Of a DNA stretch of 64,000 nt, positions 1 through 12,100 are shown one piece after another. The translations under genes and the position numbers were made by a program. The DNA comes from Paraspadella gotoi. Taxonomy: Eukaryota; Animalia; Chaetognatha. The DNA lies in contig CM119270.1 in NCBI GenBank assembly GCA_051294375.1, forward strand, positions 9,929,086 to 9,993,085. The letters run 5' to 3'. How positions within the stretch are numbered: the stretch's first letter is position 1; the number at the start of each line of letters is the position of its first letter. A model generated the notes under the pieces. It saw only the letters and a list, made by a program, of their open reading frames with translations. It did not search any database and was not told the origin of the DNA.

Positions 1-511
1 GCAAATCCATGAAAAAAAATTTGAAATTATTATTTTTTAATTTTAGCCTAATTTTTACTCAAAATTATTAATAAATATAGTTAACTAACATTTTATAAAA
101 TATAAAATTTAGAAATAAACTTACCAAAATATTTTTATAAATGTTTATTTTTATATTTCAAAAGCTCATATAAATATTATAAAATTTTAATAATTTGATT
201 TATCATAACTTTTGCTATTTTATAACAATTTTATATACATTAAAAACCGTCATTTCCGACAAGAAAGATAAAATTATACAAAAAAATGGTCATCACCATC
301 GAATTCTACAGACAACATTACACTAAAATAGCTATGTACCTCATTTGTTATATTTTGTTATTTTTCAACGCTCTATTCATTATAATGAATTAAAATTTTT
401 CGATGTGGTATTGGAGCAGTATGTTGTCGCAAGGGAAGCTGATGAATGACTGATTGACTCTCTCTTATTGAACTCGTCTGACGGTCATCAAATGTTGATA
501 TTGTGGCGAAT

Positions 512-719
512 TGTGGATGCAACAAGTTTCAGATTAAGAATGATTTATTCTTCAACAAGGTTAATAACAATAACAGTCAAAAAGCTCAGATGCTAAGTCA
601 TAATAGGTATTTACAAGGTCAAAGTTGACCATAAAGCAAATGAGGGAAAACGATTGAGGGTAAGGTTGGTAAGGACAGTTTTGACCGAGGTTGCATGTTG
701 TTGTTGTTGTTGCTCCACA
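512..719 (-). mobile_element. 3' LTR of a Ty3/Gypsy retrotransposon (element on minus strand)
   Basis: TGTGGA...TCCACA termini. Directly abutted at 720-728 by CATCCCCCC (minus-strand polypurine tract GGGGGGATG). The same ~210-bp sequence recurs as a solo LTR with TSD at 25957-26166. Confidence 0.9.
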
Positions 720-2150
720 CATCCCCCCACATCACACGTCGAGTCGGCGAGAGGGTCTTTGTTCGCCTGGAAAGCGGCGTTTTGTGCCGCCACCCATTTT
801 AGCGCGCGCGGTTTTCCGCGAAGGACTTCGAGTAGAGGATCGAGATGATGAGCGGCGGAGGTGGCGTCGTGAGCATGGTCAAGAAGGATGCGGCGTTGAT
901 GATCGATGCCGAGATGGTGTTCCATCAAGAAGTCAGTGCCGAGAATGGGTGTGGAGATGTCGGCGATGATTACAAGAAAATTCATTCCCCAAGTCTAATC
1001 CCCATTTCTCGAATGCCAAGTTTAAACGGGCGTGTCGTTTGCGGCACGGAGTAGCGGGGCGTTGGCGGTGGCACGATCGGCGACAGAGGTGGAGATGAGT
1101 GTCGCCTTGGAGCCGCCATCGACGAGCCACTCCCGGCCAGCGTCGGGGTCGCGCACAAGAAAAAGTTTAGAATTGTTTTGGCCGGCGACGCGGACGACTA
1201 GCGGCCGCCAGCGTTGGCATTTGATGGCGCCATTGGGCATGGGCGGCCGTCACGGTTTGTGCCGTGGCATTTATGGGCGTTGGTGCCAAAGTGATAGTGA
1301 TAGAAGCACTTGGGTTCACCGGGAGGAGGTTCGCGCAGTGGTGGAGAGCGAAGCGTCAGAATTGGGCGGCGTTGTTGCTGCGGACGCTGATGCTGCGGAC
1401 GCTGCTGCGAGAATGGCCGCTGCGTTGAGCATGGTGGCGGTCGGCGTACTGCCTTCGCGTAAGAGATGGCGGCGTCATCGGCGTCGTTTGATGATTCATT
1501 TGGAATCTCCAGTGGCTCGTCCACTGTGACCTCGATGGAGGTGACGGCTTCACGAAGGTTGAGGCGCGATCAGAGCTATGGAGTTGGCCAGTAGGGAGGA
1601 AGAACTCGTCGGCGTCTTTGGCGATGTCGACGGGGTTCTTGTCTTTCCTGACGGCGTGTTCCCTGATGCTCTGTAGAAGGGCTGCAGCCAAGATCGCGGC
1701 TTTTATATGTTCGATCGTAAGGCCCTCGAGGATGGCGTCGATAGCAGAAAGGTGTTGTGAGGGAGTGACTCCCTCAGTGAAGTCATTTTCAGGGCTTTTG
1801 CGGCGCGCCGGTTGGCGTCTTCACTGTATACGCTCTTGAGGTGGGCGACATGGTTGATGTAGGCGTCGGGGCCTTCATCCGTGCACACTGCACAGTGCCT
1901 AAGGGATCAGGCGGTGACGAGCGATAGGAATGACGCAGAGGATGTGTGCCTTCTTTTCCGCTGGTTCGGTGATGCCAGTGGCGCCAAATTCCACGGCAGT
2001 GTGATCCAACCATTCTTCTATGTGGTTGGGGTCGAAGGTTGTTATCTTAGGGTTTCGCCTTCTCGCAGGGGCGTCGGAGGGAGGACGGGGGCAAACGGCG
2101 TTGCCAGCGTGGGCTATTGTTTTCGTTTTAAGGCAATTCCGTTGACGCAT
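720..2150 (-). pseudogene. Frameshifted, internally deleted Gypsy gag-protease(-pol remnant)
   Basis: Minus-strand fragments in order: gag N-terminus NPKITTFDPNHIEEWLDHTAVEFGATGITEPAEKKAHIL (KLPPFW/DUF7041-type); gag C-terminus CFYHYHFGTNAHKC; retropepsin LFLVRDPDAGREWLVDGGS...AAND...IADISTPILGTDFL; then a short RT-RNaseH connection piece (LDPLLEVLRGKPRALKWVAAQNAAFQANKDPLAD) fused straight to the PPT. RT core, RNase H and integrase are absent; no 5' LTR seen. Confidence 0.85.
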
Positions 2151-2661
2151 TGCTTGCGTCTGCTGATGGAGGATTTGGTCTTTCCGTGGCTGAGGCGAGT
2201 CTCACGTTTATATCATAAATCATTTAGAAAAGTTTTTCAATTTTATTTTCAAGAGATGCTGCGGATTTCGAGGCGGCGGCATCGTGAAAGGCATCGTCAC
2301 GGTCGTTGTCATAATTTATATAAAAATATATCATCGCAGGAGTATCAAGCCACCAAAATCGAATCGGATCGGAGGCTTGGGCGAAATGGAATCGCCGAAT
2401 CCTGATTGGTCAAGCACGAACGGAATCGACCAATCAGCTTGCAGAATCATTGAATTGTAAATTTTACCCACGTTGCCGATCCTCTTCCCAAGATATAAAT
2501 AGACTTAGCTTGTTCTAGTTTCAGTAGAATTGATCAAGACTCCTGCGCGCGTCTCACCGTCACCTTTATTCTCAGAATAAAACTTCTTCTTCTTCTATAT
2601 AAAATAGAATATATATATAGCTAATAATATTTTGTGCCGCTCTTATTTTTAAAAAGTAATA

Positions 2662-3103
2662 TATGGTGGAGTAAAATCTACCAATTCATCAGCGGCCATT
2701 GGTGCCGGAGGCAAGTCATTCGCCTCCCAACCCAAAGGTCCGGGGATCTAGCCTGGTGATCGCCTAGCAGTTAAGAGGGACTTCCGAACACATCATCAAC
2801 AACAACACTTTCAGGCAACATGCCTCAACCTGTTGATGCACTTTCCACCAACAACAATTCACAGAAGAGAAGCAAAAGTCTTCTCCCTATGGGAGTGGGG
2901 ATGTATGGTGGACTAAAATCTACCAACCGTTTATCAGCGGCCATTGGTGCCCGAGGCAAGTCATTCGCCTCCTAACCCAAAGGTCCGGGGTTCTAGTCCG
3001 GTGGTCGTCTAGAGGGATGGGGCGCTTAATCCGCCTGTAACAGGGTGTTACCGCCTGATCCGAAGCTCAGGGATTGCTTATATTGAACGGTTCTGTCACT
3101 AAC
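2662..3103 (+). mobile_element. TRIM-like family A, deleted copy (partial LTR 2662-2780, internal region, LTR 2904-3103)
   Basis: Direct repeat starting TATGGTGGA at 2662 and 2904. PPT GGGAGTGGGGATG precedes the second. Homologous to the complete copy at 51561-53185. Confidence 0.8.
2692..2764 (+). other. tRNA-like (Gly-like) cassette inside TRIM-A LTR; also at 2937-3009 (+), 52685-52757 (-), partial at 53098-53152 and ~58573-58626 (-)
   Basis: GCGGCCA...TGGTCGC acceptor-like stem; A-box-like TGGTGCCG(A/G)AGG; TTCGC-CTCCCAA (Gly CCC anticodon-loop-like); CCGGG-GTTCTAG-CCCGG T-arm/B-box-like. The anticodon stem does not pair, so this is not a functional tRNA gene. Confidence 0.65.
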
Positions 3104-3129
3104 ATTTATTTTTTAAATTTTTATTCTAG

Positions 3130-3278
3130 GGACCGAAGGCAAGCCGTCCCTGTCTCAATTGTCAAAAATGATTTACACGAACGCGTTTATGGACGAAGTA
3201 CAACGAATCTCATGTGTTGCCGATTCCGTCATTCCGCATAGATCCCTCAGTGACGCCACGATCTTCAACGGCTACACG
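3130..3278 (+). CDS. Cytochrome P450 (clan 2-like), internal exon with K-helix ExxR
   Basis: ttctag|G acceptor, (G)TEGKPSLSQLSKMIYTNAFMDEVQRISCVADSVIPHRSLSDATIFNGYT, |gtgaaa donor in phase 0. Confidence 0.9.
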
Positions 3279-3720
3279 GTGAAAAACAATGAACCGACGT
3301 ATTTATGTGTTTTTTATCGCGAATACGGTATTTTAATCGTCAGAATTAGTTGTCATTTAAAACTGTGCGACAGGGAAGCTTCACAAAGATTAAACCAGGG
3401 ACGTCCAGAAATGGCAGTCGAGAAATGGCATTATTTTAGTAGCTCCTTGAGTACTCACAGAGCAATTTGGTCGGTCGGTTGGTCTGTCCGGCTCTCCGTC
3501 GATCTGTCAAGTCATTATGAATAATAATTGGCATGAGATCCTTTAATTAACTGTAATGTAGAAGATGAAAAATAGTAATAATAAAAGTGAGGAGAGGTGA
3601 AGAATTGTGAAGAATTATGACGATGTAAGAGAAGTAGAAAAGAAGTGAGTCTAGCTCTCTCCTGATCCACTTTTATCATCGCCCGGACCAACTTGACCTT
3701 ACGGTCGCCTCGGCGCTATT

Positions 3721-3844
3721 ACTGTGTCCGGTCAAACTAAGGTCTTTGCCAAAGCTCGGGCAAAGTGACCGTGTGGAAAAGACTGGCTCGGAGAAAGAGG
3801 AGAGAGGAAGGGTTTTGAGAGAGAGACCGGTGGTAAGTCGCCTC
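3721..3844 (+). repeat. Short interspersed repeat (second copy 10651-10772)
   Basis: actgtgtccggtcaaactaagg...gccaaagctcgggcaaagtgaccgtg...taagtcgc is recognisably repeated at 10651. Confidence 0.6.
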
Positions 3845-3919
3845 AATAACAACATGATCGCCTTGAGATGCTATCACAAAAAAAAAGTTAATTCGCCCAA
3901 ACCCCATTTTTGTCTTCAG

Positions 3920-4077
3920 ATCACGAAAGAGGAAAGCGTCTGGGCGAACATTTGGGCAGCGCATCACGATCCCAACTTGTGGGACGAACCGGAGGAGTTT
4001 AGACCCGAACGATTCATTGACGGCGAAGGAAGATATTCGAAAAATCCCAACCTCATCACATTTTCCGTCGGCGCGAG
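3920..4077 (+). CDS. Cytochrome P450, exon with PERF motif and start of heme-binding loop
   Basis: ttcag| ITKEESVWANIWAAHHDPNLWDEPEEFRPERFIDGEGRYSKNPNLITFSVGA(R) |gtag; phase 0 in, phase 2 out. Confidence 0.93.
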
Positions 4078-4429
4078 GTAGAAATTTCTTTTTTTTTACT
4101 TTTAATACTCTGTAGTAACGAATCATACATAACATTAATCCCAAAACTAACTCTCCCCTGCACTTCTCCCTAATTCAATCTAATTAGAACTAGAACACTA
4201 GGGCAGAAAGTATTTTTAACCGTGGGGTTCACTCGATTTCCAGAAGACAACACTAACTTCTCTCTCCCCAACATAATAAAATGTGTTAAGTAACTCTGTT
4301 AATTATGTTTAAATAATTAAAATAATATAGAATATAAATAAGTTTTTTAAAATTAAGTGTCAAAAAGTATAACAAGTAATCTTTCAAGTTTTATATATGA
4401 GGAATATAACGAATTCTCATCAATTTTAG

Positions 4430-4607
4430 GCGCTGCATCGGAGAAAAACTGGCGACAATGGAACAATTTCTTTTCACTGTTCGTCTCGTGCAGAGATTGG
4501 ATTTTCGTTGCACGACAGACTTGCCCGACACCTATGGAGAACTCACCCTCGCCCGTCATCCAGGATTTTATCAAGTCAAAGCTTCGACCAGACAATTTCA
4601 TTCTTAA
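4430..4607 (+). CDS. Cytochrome P450, terminal coding exon with heme-ligand Cys
   Basis: ttttag|G completes Arg; RCIGEKLATMEQFLFTVRLVQRLDFRC...QFHS*. The spliced motif FSVGARRCIG matches FxxGxRxCxG. Upstream exons lie outside the window. Confidence 0.92.
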
Positions 4608-4922
4608 ACTTTTTTGGTAATCTATATTTTTGATGCGTACGTATAGCCATTAACCAACAAAAACTGGTGAGAGTTCATTACTTTTGTATGCATTTAACAA
4701 TATGTAAAGTAATGTTACATAGTTTAAAAAATTCAAGTGTCATCAAATCGGATATCCGATTTGATGTCATAAAAGTAAAAACTTAATCATTGTTCCTGCT
4801 GGTTTCATCACAACTTTTTCGGAGACATATATGTATCCTGACTCAAATTCAAAAGTGGTTTTCGTTGTCCCTGATAATTATTTTCATTTAGTATGATAAT
4901 ACATAGATTTTAACCTGCACGT

Positions 4923-5212
4923 TGTGGCGGTATATTCACACCGCCTCACGTCCACCATCCTACAGCCAAATCCATTGGCTCAGAGGGGGATCACACCATC
5001 CCAAGTGTAGTGTTCCATCCACAGTCCTAATGACTTCCCTCTGCGTTGGCAAAGCGAGACCGTCCTAGGGTAACCGCGCCAGTGACTGGAAGCGTCACTG
5101 AGGGTCAGAAGCCCCCAAAGCCAATAGCGAGATGCCCCATCCCAATGGGCATCACAGGCAACCCGGCTGTTGCCATAAGTGGTGAGCCCTACTATCGAAC
5201 ACGCAGCCTTCT
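4923..5212 (+). mobile_element. TRIM-like family B: LTR (4923-5177) plus PBS-like start of internal region
   Basis: TGTGG...GCCATA unit, with other copies at 20612, 22178 (-) and 29334. Followed by AG-TGGTGAGCCCTAC, resembling the tRNA-Trp PBS TGGTGACCCCGAC. Interrupted at 5213 by a TIR element. Confidence 0.75.
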
Positions 5213-8212
5213 CAGTAGCGCGGAGCATAAATACAAGATATGATATATGACCTCTTGTGTCCCCTTAATTTTTTGTATTTGTTATAATACTAAGCCCCAA
5301 GATAAAAAAAATGAAAATTCGCTCGCTCAATTTTCCCATTCTATCGATTTTATTAAGCAATTTGATGCAAAAAAATTGTAAAAAAATAGCAAAATTTGAT
5401 ATCAAAGAAAGCTGATTAAGTTCACTTTTTTAAGTGAAATATTGCTAAAACAAAGAATTAAAACCCGTTTTCATCCATAAAAATTTAAAAAAATATGTTT
5501 ATATAAATATTGAGTGATTTGAAAAGTATTTTCATAAAATATTGTTAAAAATTAAGCAAAATGGAAAATAAGTACCAAGCCACATAACGCAGTCAATATC
5601 CTTTTTAAAGCTTATAAAAGCTTTTAGTAGCTACATTAAACTTTATACAGCTTATAATAAGCTTTACTAAAAATATTAATTGACTTACCATAGGCCTTAC
5701 CCATTACCACTCTCCCTCCCTTCCGTAGATCGCTCTGGCCGATCTGTCTTCTTTTTTTATCAAAATGAAAAAAATTCTCATGAAAGATTGGTTAGATCGT
5801 TTTAAATAAGAACTACCCTGTTAATTATTAGTACAATTAATAATAATAATAATAATAATAACTATTACAATTTGTTCAGCAAAATTAATTTTAGATCAGA
5901 AGATGTTTTATCACTATTTTCATAAACCTCTATCAATTTTAACATTTTGTTGGCTCATTTTAGTCTGTATAACAAGGATATTAATTTCTTACAATAAATA
6001 AATATAATCCTAAAATGTATTGACACTCGTGGCGGCGTGTTGGCATGCCCATAGGGAGAAAAAGGGCTCGACGTCGACTACGCTTTGTTGGAAGCTTTAT
6101 CTCTCTGATTCACTCACTCACACACTCTCTCTCTCTCTCTATGAGTCTCTCTCTCTGAAGAGAACTTCTGTCTCAACGCTTGCGGTCCGGGCGTTTGAAG
6201 AGTCGCTCGTCCAAAAAAATCGCTGAGAATTTCCCAAAAGTCTAAACGTTTATTCTCGGTGACAGAAGTGGCAAATACGTGACAATAACGTGACAAAATA
6301 AGTCGCGAAAAATAACCGTTTTCGGACGAGCAACGACTTTCCGAAGTGTGGTTCTAAAACGACTGAAAAGCGGATCATAAAAATTCTAAAAGTAAACGTT
6401 CAAAAATGAACAACGTTATAAACGGGCCGACATTAAGAGAGAGAAAAAAATGACCCTAAAAAATGATACGAAAAACGAGGCGAATTTCTCTTCACTCTCT
6501 CTCTCTTTCACAACTTTAAACTTGCCAATTTTTTGTAATTAAAACTACAAATATGCACTGATTGAAGAACGAAATGACGTTCAAAACATGTCAAATAATA
6601 AATAAATTCGTTGTGAAAATCCGAAATTTCTAAATCTTTTACCAACGAAATGAAAGAAAAACCAACAGATTATGAAGACGAAAAAGAAAGTGAACTGGAA
6701 TATCCCGATTTTTTTTATGTAAAGCATTGTTTACGAGCCTTTACGTCGACGTTTTTAACTCGTCAACACGTTTTTATTATAATAAACAAGTTTGAAACTT
6801 TGATCGTCGCCATTTTTAAAGTGAGTAAGAAAGTGGGGCAACTCAAACGTAAATGTTATTTTATTCTTCACATTCAATTGTCTTCGCGTAAAACGTTCGA
6901 GACAAGACCCAGTTATTGCCCCGTTGTCAGGTCCAATGGCTAGGTTTGTTTAAATGACATGACTGGCAAAGTTGGCTTAAGTTTGATAATCGCTATCGTT
7001 TTTATTTTCTGACCTTTTTTTTTTTTTAGCTAAAATATTTTCTAAATGCTTTTATTAACATAATAAAGTTTTGGGAACCTCTTACATATTTAGATATCAT
7101 TTCCTCATTTAAAATATTTAATGATCAAAACATCATTCGTAAACTAGATGGATAACCACCAAAACATTGTGTTAGCCCAACTTGCGTGCTTTTGAAAGGG
7201 TTCAGCCATCCCGTGACAAGCGAGGCTTAGGCCTTGCGCGCCCAAAGGCCTGGCTATGGAAAATAGAGGTGGAGATTAAGCCAAAACACTCTGATCTTGA
7301 ATAACCATTTTCATTTACTTAATTTTATTGTTGATATCAGTTTTAGTTTTTGACACTCTGCTTTAAAAGTGTTTTGTTTCATGCTTTTGTTTTTTATCAT
7401 TTTTAATTGTGTCAAATAAGAGAGTTTTTAACATTTACAAACAATAGATTTGGTAAATATTAAAAATAATCTCTCTAACTCTGTTCTTATCTCAAACTCA
7501 CTAAAATGGAAGAAAAAAAGAATATCAGACTTGACTTAAAGGCAACAATAGTGTAAAGTAGCCACCGTGGGTGAAATGCCTGATGCTTTTTATATCATAA
7601 ACAAAACCTTTTTAATAATTTATTTTTATTTTTGTTATATTATAAAAGTTTTAAACACCATTTGAATAAATACACAGATCCATAAATTTATTAGTTTTCT
7701 AATCGCCTTAGTTTATTATTTCGCTTTATTTTTTGTGGTTCAAAAAAATGAAAAACTTTAAATATTAATAGATAAAGTAACTTTTTACAAATGAAAACAG
7801 CTATATAACTCCTTATTTCATATATATTTGATTTCAACTATTTGATTAACCATCTTTCCTATTATTTGAATTTTTTGGTATTTTTCCCCCAAAATACAAT
7901 TTTTTAATAATATTTAAACATTATTTGATACAAGTTTTTTATATTTATATAGTTGAAAAGAGTTTTAAATACTTGGATTTAGCTATATTTTAGAAAAATT
8001 AATAATACTAACCACTTTAATTTTATTTTTAAATTTGCTATTTTTTTCGATTTTTTTGCATCTTATCGCATTATAAAATCAATAGAACGGGAAAATTGGC
8101 CAAGCGAATTTTTAATTTTTTGATCTTAGGGAATAGTTTACATGTGTTTCAAAAAATTAGGAGGGCACAAGATGTCCTTTATTATTTCTTGTATTTATAC
8201 TCCGCGCTACTG
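5213..8212. mobile_element. ~3.0 kb TIR DNA transposon, non-autonomous or decayed
   Basis: Long imperfect TIRs (~180 bp): CAGTAGCGCGGAGCATAAATACAAGA... and ...TCTTGTATTTATACTCCGCGCTACTG. Flanked by TCT on both sides (possible 3-bp TSD). No intact transposase seen. Confidence 0.8.
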
Positions 8213-8704
8213 TCTAGGGGAACGGTAAGTACTGTAGTTTAAACTCCAGCATGTGCAGCACTTTTTTAGGAAAAACCCCTTCTGAATCTATCAATCTATG
8301 AATGCTCTTTGTCTTACAGACTGTTTGAAGGATACTACCAAACATGCTTATTAGAAACTGTGTTAAATGTTATGCCTTACCCTTTATGAAATTGGTACAA
8401 CCAATATAAAAATTATCCATCTTAAATAAATAGCTATCTTGCCCTGACTTGACAGCTGTGTGGCTTTAGGCCTCCATCACTCTTAAAATATATAGCATAG
8501 CAGTCCTACAGTCTTCAATCAAACTCCTCACAGTGCTCGTTTATTCACTCCCAGAATTTACCTGGTCCCCTATCCAATGAAGTGAAAATTATTTCAGAAG
8601 AATTTTCAATTGTATGGAAAAACCATCCCTAATAGTATTAGACGGGGACATACGTATTGTAGTCCCACTAGCTCAAAATACAAGAGCTGAAATTTTATTC
8701 GTAA

Positions 8705-9191
8705 TCTCTTAAGCATCATCCATCTATAACTCATTTTTACGGTCCGTCGCTCCACCCCTCTAATATTGTCTCGGAGCACCACACTCTATATATGTCAGAA
8801 CATCTAATTATGATAAATTATGCCAAAAAAAATGATGTCGTCCTCCTCGTCCTGTCCGATCCGTCCCTTCGTCCGTCCGCCGTCCCACCTTAGCAATAAA
8901 AACACCACAATATACGTATTGATGGATGGATTTAATCACCATTTTGTTCGTATAGTAGTGTGGTGATGAGCGATAGTGAAGTTCGATGGAACGTCGAGGA
9001 AATGAGTTAACATGGACAATTACCACACACAATATTTTCACTATTTGAACACCAAGCTCTAACAGGGGGCTGATTGACTGAATATTGGGTAGAAGTATGT
9101 GATTGAAAGGAAATCAAGTTTCGATGGAATTAGTGTGAGTTAATGCACTTTATTAATGCAAAAAAACAATAAACTGAATCTTCTCATTTTG
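8705..9191 (+). mobile_element. Degenerate DINE-1/HINE-like element copy, truncated by N gap
   Basis: Matches the core, GTCC microsatellite and ~90-bp repeats of the copies at 34262 and 49372, with many indels. Confidence 0.65.
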
Positions 9192-12100
9192 NNNNNNNNN
9201 NNNNNNNNNNNNNNNNTAATACCAAAATAGCTATATAAAAAATGCGCTTATCTAATTCATATTGCGTATTAATATTGAAGATGAAATTCAAAAAATTCTT
9301 TAAATTTTAATAAAAATGAACTCAAAGATTTTAATGAGAAATATCTTAATTTTAAACAAATAATAAATTAATCTTTTACAAGCGCGATTGAAAAAATTTG
9401 GCAAAATTGCCAATGAAACAATTTAACATTATTTTGCCTTTCTTTATTCTTTAAATTATACTATGACGCCTCGCCCTTATTACTTCCGTTATACTGTTAG
9501 TGTTAGCCATCTTATTTTTTTAGCGTTAAAATAAAAAACTTAAACTTACAGTTAGCTATATTATTCTTGTGTATCTGTACATTACACTTACGTGATTATA
9601 GTGTTTTTTGTTCTTTAGCGTCTCCATGTCTTTTTGTGTATCTTTTAGCGTCTTCATTTTCGATTTTTAGTCTCTTTGTCGTGTTTTATTAGATCTTACA
9701 TTACGTGATAGTGTTTTTTATTCTTGTTGCTTCATGATTTTTTGTGTATCTGTTAGCCGTCTCATTTTTTTAATTAGTATCTTTTTCTGTTATCTGCTTA
9801 CTTATCATATTTGATATTTCTATTCAATAGTAATTGGTCCCTCTGCCGTTATTAACTATTGATACAAATATAATTTTAGGAATGTTATATGTTATACTCC
9901 AGGCATTAAAGCTTATATGAACTTGTTTATAAAATTAAAACCGTTGAATATAAACATGTTTGTAATTTTTAGTTTATTTTTGCTCATGTTTTTCAATAAT
10001 GCTTTTATATTTTCATGTTTTGTTCTTGTTTTCATATTTTTGTTTTTGTTTTTTACCATATTCTGTTGAACTTTTTATTAACATATTTTCGTTTATCTAT
10101 TATATTTTTGTTTTGTTCTTTTTGTCATATTTTGTTTTTATTGTTTACGCATTATCAAAAAAAATAAATTACAATTTAAAATAAAACTATTGCTTTCTTG
10201 ACATTTGACATTTTTCCGTTTTTTATTTTCCATTTATATTTTTACATTTGATCCTTAACACGTTCTTGAATTATTTTTTGATAGTTTTAGAATAGTTCAT
10301 AAAGCAGTTATTAATGATTTAAACGTTAGTGTCGTTTTTTTTATTGAATTCAAATATGTAGTTTAGGTTATATACTTGTTTCTCCAGTCGATGAACGTCC
10401 TTGAACAATTATTTTTTATAGTTTCTTATGAATTAGTTCCATAACATTTATTATATGATTTAAACGTTATTTTGTATATTCTTATCTGAATTGAGTCATA
10501 ACATTTATTAATATTCTATAAACGTTAGTCTTTTGTTTTTATTGAATTTCATATAACATAGTTTAGTTTTCCAGTCTTTTACACTGTTGACTGTTATGAT
10601 TTGTTGTCAATATGTTTTGTATTAAGAAAAAAAAAAAAAAAAAAAATATTACTGTCGTCCGGTCAATCTAAGCGTCATGCCAAAGCTAGGCAAAGGACCG
10701 TGTTGAATTAGACCGGCACGAGAAGAGAGGAGAAGAAGGTTAAGAGAGTAAGACGAGGTAAATAAGTCGCACTCTATATATATATTTGTCATCTCTTCTC
10801 TCTCTCTCATGCTACGATTCATGCCTGGATCGTTCTTTTTTTTGGAAATAATCTGATGATTTTTTTCTTTCTTAAAACTTTTATTAACATTTATTCCGCG
10901 CTTTTTTTCACATACAAAATCCCAATTTTATCGAGATTTCTTCGGATTTTTGAATAAAATGTTTAAATATCTTACTTGCCACATTTTCAACCAACTATGT
11001 CGAGAACTGATGACCTAATAGACGCTTTTGATTGCAACCGAAACGTTCGTATATAAAAAAAAATCAACTTGACCGAGATTAGTCGCCGGTTTGCTAGGGC
11101 AACGGATAACGATATACGGAGAGTGAACCTAATATTGCGTATCGTTGGCGGAAAACTTTCTGTCTCTCTCTCTCACCTCTCTCTCTCTTTCTCTCCTCTC
11201 TCTCCTTTCTCTTCTCCCTCTCTCTCTCTCTCTTTTTTTACAAAAAACATTTTTTAGCACTTTTTTTCACCACGACGAGCAAACGATATTAAACGATTCC
11301 AAGCTCTTCCTCTCTCTCTCTCTCTCTCTTCTTCTTCTCTTTCTATCTTTTTCTTCTCGTCTCTCTCTATCTTCTCTCCTCTCTCTCTCTCTCCCTCTCC
11401 TACTCCTCTCTCTCTCCTCTTCTCTCTCTCTCTTTCCCTCTCTCTCTCTACTATCTCTATTTTTATTTTTAGTCTCTTTTTTTTTCACCACCTCCACTCG
11501 GCGACGAGGTAAACGATTCCGGCAACTGCGGCAGGCGTCAGTCAGCTTCTTTCTCTCCTCTCTCTCCTCCTCTCTCTCCCTTTCTCTCTGTCGTCTCCTC
11601 TCTCTGTACGATCTCTAGATAAGTAAAAAATATTAAAATGACATGGCAATTGTCACATGTCATCAGCTAATGTGACATGTAGCGATACCTGTATGTATGT
11701 AGTATCATTTTCTAAAAAATAATTTTTTTTTTTTATTATTACTAGTAACTTATGGAGCCGTCGGCCCACTTTATGCAAATTATATCTAAAATAGGAGTCG
11801 AGAAGAGAAATATATCAAAATAAACATTACTTTTTTTTATTCTGAATACAATTTGTACTATTATTAAATGTATAAATATTTTAAGGATATATTAATTCAT
11901 TTTTATCTTTTAAAATAATAAGATTATGTGGAGTTTTGTTAACTATTTATAAATTAATTAAATTAGAAATATAAAATTGAACCTCCGGTTGTTCTTCCTA
12001 AAAAAGAACAATAAAAATTTCATTCAAGCATTAACAATTTAATTAAAATGAGGAAAATAAATTTTTTTTTTGATAAGTAAAAAAAAATTGAAATCAAAAA

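Noticed and set aside
2370-2600. Missing 5' LTR of the Gypsy element
   Set aside because: No similarity to 512-719; TATA- and AATAAA-like words alone are insufficient.
2692-2764. Functional tRNA-Gly gene
   Set aside because: Anticodon stem unpaired and arm spacing irregular; always embedded in an LTR.
11145-11618. Leu/Ser- and Arg/Glu-rich ORFs (also ~12529, 18175, 20030, 31530)
   Set aside because: Translations of CT/GA microsatellites and minisatellites.
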